Shown here in pieces: positions 1 to 8,842 of a stretch of 64,000 nt of DNA. Made by a program: the position numbers and the translations under genes. This stretch comes from an uncultured Desulfobacter sp. (GTDB lineage Bacteria; Desulfobacterota; Desulfobacteria; Desulfobacterales; Desulfobacteraceae). How positions within the stretch are numbered: position 1 is the first letter of the stretch; each line of letters opens with the position of its first letter. Below the pieces are notes generated by a model. That model searched no databases and was not told the origin of the DNA. It saw only the letters and a list, made by a program, of their open reading frames with translations. The stretch covers positions 415,742 to 479,741 of the forward strand of contig NZ_CAXXPY010000004.1 of NCBI RefSeq assembly GCF_963664415.2. The letters are read 5' to 3'.

Positions 1-82
1 CGGCTACCTCACGACGAATATAAAAACTCATTGTGGATATACCATGTGGGTAAAATCAAATCAACTTTAAGGAATTAAATAA

Positions 83-334
83 ATGATCACACAAGTCGAA
101 GTATTCAATGGCAGCAACCCAGCGCTGCTCCAGGACAAGGTGAATATCTGGTTAGCCCGGCAGCCAGATATCACCATTGTGACCACAAACACCGTGAGCT
201 TGGAGGGGGATAGTATCCAACTACTGGTGTTTTATCGGACAGCTACCCCGGCACCATCTGTGGTGCCGCCACGAACACGCAGCACTTCCTCCGCCACCAT
301 CGGCCGGCCATTGGCACCGTGGGAGCGCGGTTAA
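83..334 (+). CDS. hypothetical protein of the GC-rich phage-like island
   Basis: 83-aa ATG-initiated ORF with the same high GC as neighbouring phage-like genes. No motif recognised. Confidence 0.3.
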   Translation: MITQVEVFNGSNPALLQDKVNIWLARQPDITIVTTNTVSLEGDSIQLLVFYRTATPAPSVVPPRTRSTSSATIGRPLAPWERG

Positions 335-699
335 CCCTGTGACGACCTTTGAGACAGTTGAGGAGCACCTCGCCCGCGGCGGTAGGATCACTTACTGCCG
401 CCAAGGCCTGCGTGGTGTACCCATCGATACCCGCGATGATGAAGCCCCCGAGGTTGCGGTAGACGATGCCCCCATGTGGCTATCATCCAGGGTATCAATC
501 TCAGGTGGCTTCATGTCCCGTAGGTGCAGGGCAGCTCCGTGATCACATGCGCGGCTGCCCGCCACCTACCGCCGCGGGTCCTTCCCAGAACCGCGTAACA
601 GTAGGGGTCACTTATGCGCGGCCGGCCGCTACCTACAACAAAAATTGTAGATGACCGCCCGCTTTTAGGCGGATATAACAAACTTAGGAGAATATAATT

Positions 700-1158
700 A
701 TGATTATGACAACGAAAGATGTTTCAGCAACTTTTGGTATCGATGAGCGCACAGTACGAAGATGGCATAAAGCAGGTTTACGCCAGGTATCCCCGGGCAA
801 ATACAACGCGAAAGATGTGGCCGACTTCTATAGCGAGTATATCTATAGCCGAGCTACAGATTCGGAGTCAATCCAGGCTGCAAAGGTTGAATATTGGATT
901 GCAAAAGCCGGGCGGGAAACCGTAGAAGCAGACCTGGCAGAGGGTATCCGAATGCCTATTAATGAGGTAAAGCGTGCTTGGGTGTGGCGGGCAAACGAAA
1001 TGTCCAATGGCCTCGGGTCGCTGACACTGCGGGCAGCACCATTGCTGGCAAATAAGCCCCTTGACGAAGTAAGTGCCATCCTCGATGAACACATGGCCGA
1101 GTTATGTGATAAATACGCCAGGCCGGGGCGGTATACACCGGCACCAGATGAGGGATAG
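700..1158 (+). CDS. phage terminase small-subunit-like HTH DNA-binding protein (Nu1/Terminase_5-like)
   Basis: SD aggag lies 8 nt upstream of the ATG. The N-terminus DVSATFGIDERTVRRWHKAGL...KYNAKDVADFY resembles the winged-HTH N-terminus of lambda Nu1 by eye. Confidence 0.5.
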   Translation: MIMTTKDVSATFGIDERTVRRWHKAGLRQVSPGKYNAKDVADFYSEYIYSRATDSESIQAAKVEYWIAKAGRETVEADLAEGIRMPINEVKRAWVWRANEMSNGLGSLTLRAAPLLANKPLDEVSAILDEHMAELCDKYARPGRYTPAPDEG

Positions 1159-1162
1159 CCAC

Positions 1163-1357
1163 ATGCAACAACAACGTGTGTACAGACCCGACCAAGTGGC
1201 TAAAATGCTTCAAGTCTCAAAGCGGACCGTGTATCGACTGGTGAGCTCCGGCGAGATAGGAGCGTTCCTGGTCCGCAGCCAGCTCAGGATCACCGCTGAG
1301 GCAGTAGACGAGTATATTAGATGGCAGACAGAGCGGTACGACCGTGGATTAGAGTGA
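1163..1357 (+). CDS. excisionase-family (Xis/AlpA-type) HTH DNA-binding protein
   Basis: Internal ATG of ORF 1073..1357, 4 nt after the preceding stop. The sequence YRPDQVAKMLQVSKRTVYRLVSSGEIGAF...ITAEAVDEYI is a typical excisionase-type HTH. Confidence 0.6.
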   Translation: MQQQRVYRPDQVAKMLQVSKRTVYRLVSSGEIGAFLVRSQLRITAEAVDEYIRWQTERYDRGLE

Positions 1358-1473
1358 CCTACCGTGCCAACGGTACCGCAGGTGGTGCCCCCTGTGGTAA
1401 TATAATAATGATGAACACAAGCCCAGTATCCCATACCACGGTGCTGGGGCCAACGCAAGGAGATTTTTTAGAT

Positions 1474-2100
1474 ATGAATGAATTATACACACCTGAGATG
1501 GGCCAGACCATGAAACGGCTTGCCCAGACCTTTGGCAAGCTTAAAGAGGCCGCCGATTCAATCGAAGCGGCTAATAAAGCAGATGACCTGGACGCGCTTG
1601 AAACCGCGGTATCGATGCAACAGGCATTAATCACAAGGGTTGAACAGCTCCGGGCGCTCCTCGTGACGGAAGCAAGGTCCGCGGCATCCACCAATGCAAA
1701 AAATGCACCGGCCGATATCGACCGGCTCCGTGCCGAGATGGAAGCAAGGTCCGCAGCGATCCGCAAGCTGCTCGATAAAAATAACGCCTTGGTAGGTATC
1801 CTGCACCTTTTATTCGAGGCAGGCGCTCAGACCACAGGGGCACGTGCCATATCGTTGCCGGAAGGTTACGAGGACATCATAGCCACTGCCCGGGAAGGCC
1901 TTGGCGACACTAAAACCGCTCAGCTCAGATCTGAGCTCAGAGACCGCCAAGCCGACCGCAACCGCGATGGCAGCACGGCCACACGCCTAAGCAACATGGC
2001 GCTGAGAGACGTACGGCAGGCGGCCGCCGCTGAGTACGGGTTCGATTTCATAGCCCATTACGTGGACATAAGAGACGGCGTCTCGAGCAGGGCGTATTAG
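1474..2100 (+). CDS. hypothetical coiled-coil protein (phage island)
   Basis: In-frame ATG at 1474 with aaggag 11 nt upstream. Ala/Leu/Arg-rich heptad-like sequence with no recognisable family. The start is uncertain (the ORF is open from 1321). Confidence 0.4.
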   Translation: MNELYTPEMGQTMKRLAQTFGKLKEAADSIEAANKADDLDALETAVSMQQALITRVEQLRALLVTEARSAASTNAKNAPADIDRLRAEMEARSAAIRKLLDKNNALVGILHLLFEAGAQTTGARAISLPEGYEDIIATAREGLGDTKTAQLRSELRDRQADRNRDGSTATRLSNMALRDVRQAAAAEYGFDFIAHYVDIRDGVSSRAY

Positions 2101-2212
2101 CCATGGCTAAAAAACGCAAGCCCATGCACGATGGCGACATTAAATTTTTGGCCCTACGTGAGGCCTACCATAAAGCACTGGCCAAGCGCCAAGATAAAAG
2201 GAAATAAATACC

Positions 2213-3427
2213 ATGACAGAATTTAAGATTGAGCGTGGAGATATCCACCTGAGACCCCTTGCACTGCGCGAGGCATCATTACTTGACGGCCTGTACGGAA
2301 CGGTACTGGCCGATACCAAACAAAGAACTGTGGCCATTAGCGGCGCGCTTACGACTGGTGCGTATAAAGCCATCCGCCAATCCCTTGAGGCTATGACCGG
2401 CGACGCCCCAATAACCATCAGCCTCAACAGCCCCGGCGGTTATGTCACAGGGTTGTATGATCTGTGTGACTATATCCAGTCGCGGTCTAATGTGACCTGC
2501 TTGGTAGAAGGCGTGGCCTGCTCCGCAGCGTATGCTATTGCCGCCTCATGCAGTGAAATACTCATTGGCCGATCAGCTACCCTTGGCTCGATAGGGGTCG
2601 TGGCAATGCACGTGGATCAGACGGGCTTGGACGCCAAGCTTGGATTGAAATTTACGCCTGTCTTTGCTGGCGGTCAGAAGGTCAACGGCAACCCGCATTT
2701 ACCATTGAGCCCACAGGCCTATGCAAATCTCAAAGCCGATGTGGACCAGGAATACAATAACTTGTGTTCTACCGTCGCGGCGGGCAGAGGAATGGCCGCA
2801 CGCGCAATAAAAAACACTCAGGCTGCCACATACCTTGGCGAGAAAGCCGTAGCGGCCGGTCTGGCAGATCAGGTGGTAAGCTTTCCGTATACCCCCGGCG
2901 CTGACAGCAACGGGCCGCAACGGGCCGCAGCCACCAGCAACGGGCCCAAGGACTTTATGGCCGCCTGGAAAGCAATCAAAGCAAGTGAGGGCTGCGACGC
3001 CCGGACGGCCATGAGTAAAGCCGCACGGCAGTATCCTGGTTTATATGAGGCTCATGCCGCCGGAGTAACTACCAAGGCATTCAGTGTGACCACACAGCCC
3101 GAATCATTTACTGCAGCATGGAAAGCAATCAAAGCCGAGGACAATTGCGACGCCCGCACAGCCATGAGTAAAGCAGCCCGGCAATACCCGGCGCTCTACG
3201 AAGCCCATGCAAGCGGCCAGTCAGAACGACCGACGCCCCGCGACCTGCCGCGACCGACGCCCCGCGACCTGCCGCGACCGGGGCTCAAGGACCTACCGCA
3301 CGATGATCAGGTAAAAGCATGTGTGGCTATGATCCAGGCAGACGACAGCATGGCCACATGGTCTAAAGTCAACCAGATCGGCGGGATACCACTGGTTAAA
3401 GACGTGGCGCGTGTTTTAAGGCAGTAA
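2213..3427 (+). CDS. S49-family (SppA/ClpP-fold) phage prohead protease with repeat-containing C-terminal extension
   Basis: ITISLNSPGGYVTG and GVACSAAYAIA (Ser nucleophile context) are typical of S49 / lambda gpC-type proteases. The C-terminal ~170 aa carry two 38-aa repeats and RPTPRDLP repeats. Confidence 0.8.
   Translation: MTEFKIERGDIHLRPLALREASLLDGLYGTVLADTKQRTVAISGALTTGAYKAIRQSLEAMTGDAPITISLNSPGGYVTGLYDLCDYIQSRSNVTCLVEGVACSAAYAIAASCSEILIGRSATLGSIGVVAMHVDQTGLDAKLGLKFTPVFAGGQKVNGNPHLPLSPQAYANLKADVDQEYNNLCSTVAAGRGMAARAIKNTQAATYLGEKAVAAGLADQVVSFPYTPGADSNGPQRAAATSNGPKDFMAAWKAIKASEGCDARTAMSKAARQYPGLYEAHAAGVTTKAFSVTTQPESFTAAWKAIKAEDNCDARTAMSKAARQYPALYEAHASGQSERPTPRDLPRPTPRDLPRPGLKDLPHDDQVKACVAMIQADDSMATWSKVNQIGGIPLVKDVARVLRQ
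3227..3298 (+). repeat. 24-bp tandem repeat (2 perfect units plus 1 degenerate) inside the protease CDS
   Basis: cgaccgacgccccgcgacctgccg occurs at 3227-3250 and 3251-3274, with a degenerate third unit at 3275-3298. The units encode RPTPRDLP, RPTPRDLP and RPGLKDLP. Confidence 0.9.
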
Positions 3428-3472
3428 TATCTCCCAACCGCCCGATATCTGCCCGACACGGGCGGTCTGTAA

Positions 3473-3531
3473 GCCTACAGTTAAGCCAGGAGCCATCCTT
3501 CCCTGGTTGACACTGTGGGCTTTTATTTTTG
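3473..3531 (+). terminator. rho-independent terminator after the protease gene
   Basis: Imperfect long stem gcctacagttaagccagg / cctggttgacactgtgggc, followed by ttttattttt. It coincides with the GC-content drop. Confidence 0.6.
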
Positions 3532-3637
3532 TCTCAGATCGGTTATTATATGCCAGATGGAGGGTTGTCATGTTGACTAACCTGTTCCAGTGATGATATT
3601 AAAAAAAACATAATGAACTAAGGAAAGGAGGTTGATC

Positions 3638-3805
3638 ATGGCGACACCTATTGCACCAACCCCCGTTTTGAAGGGAAAAGAAGCGGTAGAATTCCAAAAA
3701 CGTCTTGATGCGGACCTAAAACGCCCGGCAACATTTATTGAAACGCCAAAGCTTGAAAAAGGAAAAGCGCTGGTCAAACAATATGCCCTACGGCACAAGA
3801 AATAG
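3638..3805 (+). CDS. 55-aa protein, putative antitoxin partner of the downstream GNAT toxin
   Basis: Not in the ORF track (<60 aa). Strong SD aggaaaggagg 7 nt upstream of the ATG. It overlaps the GNAT start by 23 nt. The sequence MATPIAPTPVLKGKEAVEFQKRL... is not a recognisable DUF1778/RHH. Confidence 0.4.
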   Translation: MATPIAPTPVLKGKEAVEFQKRLDADLKRPATFIETPKLEKGKALVKQYALRHKK

Positions 3806-4349
3806 TATTGAAGAAAGCGGCTGGTTGTTCGCAAAGCTCAAGCACTTTGAGCATCTTAAAAACTTTGACTGCGGAAATGGCGATCTTAACGAATATTTCA
3901 AGAAAGACGCCATTTCCCACAGAGACTTCCTTTTAACCCAAACCTATGAATTCAGATCTAAAGAAATCGACATCCCCCTCCCTATTGGCCTCGCAAGTGT
4001 TTGCAATGATGCTGTTGACCGCAGAAAAGTAAAGGGTCTTGATTTCTTTAAAGACCTGCCACCAGAAAAACACTATCCATCATACCCAGCCGTAAAAATT
4101 GCCAGACTTGGCGTACACGTGGACTTTCACGGTAATAATTTTGGCACCTACATTGTGAATTTGATAAAACGGATGTTTGTAACGGACAATAGAACCGGGT
4201 GCCGCCTGGTCACTGTTGACGCATACAATCAGGAAAAGGTTTTAAAATTTTACAGCCACAATGATTTTCAGTTTTTTAGTGACAAAGACGAGAAAAAACA
4301 AACCAGGGCAATGTTTTTCGATTTAAAAAGAATTCGAGATAACTGTTAA
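3783..4349 (+). CDS. GNAT-family N-acetyltransferase, TacT/AtaT/KacT-like type II toxin
   Basis: NFDCGNGDLNEYFKKDAISH matches the FDCG..LN.FL signature of GNAT toxins. PAVKIARLGVHVDFHGNNFGTYIV is the acetyl-CoA P-loop-like segment. The internal ATG at 3783 was chosen as the start. Confidence 0.65.
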   Translation: MPYGTRNSIEESGWLFAKLKHFEHLKNFDCGNGDLNEYFKKDAISHRDFLLTQTYEFRSKEIDIPLPIGLASVCNDAVDRRKVKGLDFFKDLPPEKHYPSYPAVKIARLGVHVDFHGNNFGTYIVNLIKRMFVTDNRTGCRLVTVDAYNQEKVLKFYSHNDFQFFSDKDEKKQTRAMFFDLKRIRDNC

Positions 4350-4743
4350 TTTCATCCCCGCTGTGGGCCGGGGTTTATCCGGTAAAAAACATGGTGCACT
4401 CGACATCAATTTTCAAATATGGAAACCCGCGTGAATAAAAGGTTTCAATGCGATTTTGACCCCCTAAAAAGGACCAATATTTTGCCATATAAGAAACGGC
4501 CCCCATTCGCAGGTGGCGCAATCACCTTGGGGGCCGTTATGACCATGGGGTACGACTGCCGTACCCTCACATTAAAAGATAACATGCTGTAACGCATGGG
4601 GTCAACATAACCGGCAGCCGGGGGTTTAATACTTTAAAAATCGAAGCATTCAGCCAAAAATCTAAAGCATGCTATTTGCATGCTGAGACAAACGGCCAAT
4701 AAAAAAAGGAGCGCCGCAATCAGGCTAACTCCTTGTTTTTACT

Positions 4744-4830
4744 TGGTACCTGGGACGAGAATTGAACTCGTACACCCTTGCGGGCGAGGGATTTTAAGTC
4801 CCTTGCGTCTACCAGTTCCGCCACCCAGGC
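4744..4830 (-). tRNA. tRNA-Leu (anticodon UAA), class II with long variable arm, encoded CCA
   Basis: The reverse complement reads GCCTGGGTGGCGGAACTGGTAGACGCAAGGGACTTAAAATCCCTCGCCCGCAAGGGTGTACGAGTTCAATTCTCGTCCCAGGTACCA. It folds as a cloverleaf with anticodon loop CTTAAAA. Confidence 0.93.
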
Positions 4831-5045
4831 ATTTAATAATGTGAAAAATATATTATTGCGCGTGGATTTGCAAGCCTAAATCCACAGTTCTTCCTTGACA
4901 CTTAATCATTCTGTATGTTTTAAGCTATTCGATGCGGCGTTTGGAAAGGCACATATAGTTTTATCTGAAAGCCACACTAAGCCGATGAATTACTTTTATA
5001 ATTTATTTTGGGCTGAGCCTGGGTATCAAGACGCCAGGTCAACCT

Positions 5046-5690
5046 ATGTCTGATATAAAGGATTTTTTTATGCCGAAATTGCCAATGGATAGACAAAATT
5101 TGTTTCAGAAATGCGTTGAATTTCATGGACATTTGTGTCCAGGGCTTGCATTCGGGTTCCAGGCGGCGATGGCCGGCATGGATTTTATTTCAGAAAACCG
5201 GGCTCAGGACGAAGAAATTGTGGCTATTGTTGAAACAGATGCCTGCGGAACGGATGCGATCCAAGTCATTACAGGGTGCACTTTTGGCAAGGGCAATTTC
5301 ATTTTCAAAAATTACGGAAAAACAGCATTTACCTTTGTGAGCAGAAATTCAGGCAAGGGTGTTCGCATTGCAAAGAAATACGACCCAGGACCACTTTTGG
5401 GTGCCAGACATCAGGAATTGATACAGTTGATAAGGAAAAATAAAGCCAACGAAACGGATCATGACGAATTCTGGAAGCTTCACAGGATAAAGGCCATGGA
5501 AATTCTTGAACAGGCGCCAGAACACCTTTTCACCATCATCGGGATAACGGTGCCCATGCCTTCCAAAGCAAAGATAGAACCATCGCATCAGTGTGACAGG
5601 TGCAAAGAACCTACCATGGCCTCCAAACTAACCCAAATCGACAACTGTTTTTTTTGCCGAGGCTGTATGGCAGACATGAATCTGCAATAG
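5046..5690 (+). CDS. FmdE/FwdE-family protein with C-terminal zinc ribbon
   Basis: FHGHLCPGLAFGFQAA and ETDACGTDAIQVITGCT are FmdE-domain signatures. The C-terminus has CDRC...CRGC. Confidence 0.8.
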   Translation: MSDIKDFFMPKLPMDRQNLFQKCVEFHGHLCPGLAFGFQAAMAGMDFISENRAQDEEIVAIVETDACGTDAIQVITGCTFGKGNFIFKNYGKTAFTFVSRNSGKGVRIAKKYDPGPLLGARHQELIQLIRKNKANETDHDEFWKLHRIKAMEILEQAPEHLFTIIGITVPMPSKAKIEPSHQCDRCKEPTMASKLTQIDNCFFCRGCMADMNLQ

Positions 5691-5727
5691 GCCTTAATTC
5701 CTAATTTACTTAAGGGCAATTTTTCCG

Positions 5728-8700
5728 ATGCAGCGGGCCATCAATTCCATTTTTTTTGATAAGCGGGATTACAAACTCATTGAGATTGTAGACTCAGTGT
5801 ATAGCGAACCCAAAACGCTGGGGTATACGGGCAAGCTACTATATCCTTATTTTCATCCGTTAGGGATCAAGGAACTTGCAGAATCCAGGGGACTTCGGGC
5901 TGCATATTCAATTATCAATCTCATGGAATCCATTAAAAGCGGTGATATCACAAGCCGCCTTAAAGCACTGAAAGGCCTTAAGGATGATATTTTAGACACT
6001 GTTGGCGGTTCTATACCCAAAAATACATCCAGGGTACTGATGCAGATCATGAAAGACCTAGTTCGGGCCAAAGGCCAGCCTGAACTTCAGCTTAGGCTGG
6101 CCCACGATTTCAGAATTGCAGCATTTGGCAAACCCAGGGTTATCCGACATCTGCTTGACCACTACCATTTGCTTGAAATGCCCGAAGAGTGGAATCAGAT
6201 CACATTTGACGACCACGTCCATGATGCCAACACCTCGGGCAGGAAAAGTGCCACACATCTGATTCTGGATGCCTGGATCAAAGGCATTCGAAGATTGCGT
6301 GTGATCTACTATCACTATATTGAACCCAAATGGGCGCTGGAACTGATTGAAGCGGCCAAAATTATGGAAATTGATCTGAGAATCGGGATTGAATTCTGGC
6401 CCATCCACCGGGACAGATATATCTCTCTTATCTGGGTTTCCAGAGGCCTGCCCAGCATTGAATCTTTTTTAAGTTTTCTTGCCCAACCCACGGTGATTCA
6501 GTTCATGGAACAGGGCAAATCCCTTGTCAAGTTCCAGGAAAATTATCTTTATCTTTTGCTGGACAGCTTCAATGAATCAGGACGTATGGCTTTGTCCCGG
6601 GATCTTGGGTTTACCATACCGCCTGTGGCGGCTGAACATTTTCTCGATTTTGTCGGACCTGGTCAAGCAAGCTTTCAATACCTTGGTGAATTCATCCACT
6701 CAAAAGCCCTTGAAGCCATACAAGCAGAAATTTCACGTCTAAAACTAAAAAAGGAAGGGGTCGCTCCGGAAGCCCAGGCACATTTAAGCCGTCTATCCAA
6801 AACCAGGAATGATTTCACGGCCAATGATATTCTTGAGCAATACCTTGATGCAGAGCACTTTTTCAGCGGACTATACGATTATGTTAAAGATAAAGGGAAT
6901 GATGCCCCACCAAGGCTTTGTGTTGAATTTTGCATGCTTTTGGACCAGATAGACGATCTCCTTGATGATTTTCGAATTACCCTTAACCTTGACAGGCTCA
7001 TGCCTGAGGATGTGCTTGAACTGTTATATGAAAGCACCGGCAGAATCGCCAGAATCGAAATTATTAATCTAAAAAAATACAATCCTTTGGACAATAAAAC
7101 CATGCTGCTTGTCAACGAACTGCAGGCAGCCATCAATCAGGGAAGTATTTTAAAATTAAAGCGCATTATTTCAAAAATTATCGCAGATGTACAAAAACAT
7201 GATGCAGATCAAAAACAAGATCGACTCAAAGCTTTGTCGGTGATCCTCAACGACATTAATGAATTCAAGCATATGTTTGATGCACGGCCCATCAGATTAA
7301 GAATAGGCTCTGACTCCACAGGTAAGCCTGGGCATTACGGTATGGGATTTGCTGTGATTGACACCCTGCCCTTCAGGGTTCGCCAAAAAATCAGAAAAAA
7401 GGACTGCGACAGACTACGACTTCCTGTCGATGTGAAAACCAGTTTGTGCACCATCACAACACCCCCCGAGTATATTTCCGATGCGATGGCCTGGATACCT
7501 GGAATACGCCTATTATTATCCAGCAGAAAAAAAAAGTGGATATCTGATTTTTTTTTGATTCACCCGGCTTCCAAAGGAAACCTGGTTACCCTTGGACGAT
7601 CAGCTTTGGTGGGACAAAAAGATAATTATTTAAAAGGATTTCATAACGCTCCCAAATCTGAAAAATCTTTTAAATACCTTAATAGTAAGCTTAAAAATTT
7701 TTTAAAAGTCTTTACAGGATTTATTCCGGCCCAGCTTTGCTTCATGCTAACAAAAGACTGGTGGCTTCTGTCCTATTTTGGCGCATTGATCTGGTTTGGA
7801 ATAACGGGCATAAGAAATGTAATTCAATCGGTAATCGGTGGCGGTGGTATCAGAAGGGCATCCCGTTTAAAATGGAATGACTATGTCAGTTGGGACAGGC
7901 TTGCCGATTCTCTTTTATTCACAGGGTTTTCAGTCCCATTGCTGGATTATCTGGTTAAAACTTTGCTTTTGGACAACACCCTGGGAATTACCATAGATAA
8001 CGGTCCTGTGATGCTTTATGCCGTCATGGGCCTTGCCAACGGGATCTATCTTTCCACACATAATTTTTTCAGGGGACTGCCCAAAGGAGCTGTGGCCGGT
8101 AATTTCTTCAGGAGCATTCTTTCCATTCCTGTTGCCGTTGTGCTCAGTGCAGGAATAGGTGCAGGCTTAGGCTTTTTAAACGTCCCCAATATTAACGGAA
8201 TTCTCCAGAAATGGGCGGCCATCATTTCAAAAGGGGCCTCTGATATTGTAGCCGGATTCATTGAAGCGGCGGCGGACCGATCTGTTTACACTCGTCTTCG
8301 AAAACAAAATATTCGTAAAAAAATATCAGAGCTGTTTGAAATTTACTCTAAACTGATCATGCTGTTTCCTGAAACAGAAGAACTAAATATTTTAGAAAAT
8401 TCAGATATACTTTTGGATAACAAGAACTCGGAAGTCCGGGATCTTGCGACGCTGATCATCATTAACTCCCTGGATCTGTTTTATTTCTGGATGTATCTGC
8501 CCCGGGCCCAGAGTTCATTAATCCACGAGGTGTCTGACATGACACCGGAAGAAAAGGCAATATTCTTCCAGGCCCAGAACATGCTGCGTCACGAGCATCA
8601 TATCAGCAGATTGTTTGTGGATGGAATTCTTGGTAAAAATTTTTCTCGGCCGCTCTCCTTTTATCTTATTTTATACCCCGCTTATCTCAGGGGTATTGAA

Positions 8701-8754
8701 AAAGTAAAGGCATCCATCCTGCAAGAAAAATCCGATGAGCGACCATATTCATAA
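5728..8754 (+). CDS. large uncharacterised protein: ~640-aa soluble N-terminal region plus a multi-pass membrane domain
   Basis: Uninterrupted 1008-aa ORF, 37 nt after fmdE-like. Hydrophobic segments fall at roughly residues 650-850. No family recognised. Confidence 0.6.
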   Translation: MQRAINSIFFDKRDYKLIEIVDSVYSEPKTLGYTGKLLYPYFHPLGIKELAESRGLRAAYSIINLMESIKSGDITSRLKALKGLKDDILDTVGGSIPKNTSRVLMQIMKDLVRAKGQPELQLRLAHDFRIAAFGKPRVIRHLLDHYHLLEMPEEWNQITFDDHVHDANTSGRKSATHLILDAWIKGIRRLRVIYYHYIEPKWALELIEAAKIMEIDLRIGIEFWPIHRDRYISLIWVSRGLPSIESFLSFLAQPTVIQFMEQGKSLVKFQENYLYLLLDSFNESGRMALSRDLGFTIPPVAAEHFLDFVGPGQASFQYLGEFIHSKALEAIQAEISRLKLKKEGVAPEAQAHLSRLSKTRNDFTANDILEQYLDAEHFFSGLYDYVKDKGNDAPPRLCVEFCMLLDQIDDLLDDFRITLNLDRLMPEDVLELLYESTGRIARIEIINLKKYNPLDNKTMLLVNELQAAINQGSILKLKRIISKIIADVQKHDADQKQDRLKALSVILNDINEFKHMFDARPIRLRIGSDSTGKPGHYGMGFAVIDTLPFRVRQKIRKKDCDRLRLPVDVKTSLCTITTPPEYISDAMAWIPGIRLLLSSRKKKWISDFFLIHPASKGNLVTLGRSALVGQKDNYLKGFHNAPKSEKSFKYLNSKLKNFLKVFTGFIPAQLCFMLTKDWWLLSYFGALIWFGITGIRNVIQSVIGGGGIRRASRLKWNDYVSWDRLADSLLFTGFSVPLLDYLVKTLLLDNTLGITIDNGPVMLYAVMGLANGIYLSTHNFFRGLPKGAVAGNFFRSILSIPVAVVLSAGIGAGLGFLNVPNINGILQKWAAIISKGASDIVAGFIEAAADRSVYTRLRKQNIRKKISELFEIYSKLIMLFPETEELNILENSDILLDNKNSEVRDLATLIIINSLDLFYFWMYLPRAQSSLIHEVSDMTPEEKAIFFQAQNMLRHEHHISRLFVDGILGKNFSRPLSFYLILYPAYLRGIEKVKASILQEKSDERPYS

Positions 8755-8842
8755 ACAGCTTTTTTTATCTTGTAAATAACGACCAAATTGTCATATAATA
8801 CTTATTTCATAATAATGGCTTATTTATTTTAAGGATAAATCA

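Noticed and set aside
339-654. Overlapping ORFs 339-542 and 466-654 in the phage island
   Set aside because: Neither has an SD, and the first starts at GTG. Neither has a motif, and they may simply reflect GC-rich open frames. The region may instead hold a cos/pac-type site upstream of the Nu1-like gene, but I cannot support either reading.
2103-2207. 34-aa basic ORF (MAKKRKPMHDGDIKFLALREAYHKALAKRQDKRK) between the coiled-coil gene and the protease
   Set aside because: It is plausible for a phage, since it starts 2 nt after the preceding stop. It is too short to support without comparative or expression data.
2951-3217. Possible diversity-generating retroelement TR/VR pair (two ~114-nt similar segments)
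   Set aside because: Both copies lie in the same reading frame of one protein. The differences are mostly synonymous third-position changes of all base types rather than adenine-specific. No reverse transcriptase is nearby.
4860-5045. Riboswitch (for example Moco) upstream of the fmdE-like gene, suggested by GGAAAGG and a CCTGG/CCAGG stem
   Set aside because: I could not reconstruct the conserved multi-stem architecture or the conserved junction nucleotides. The similarity is limited to a heptamer.
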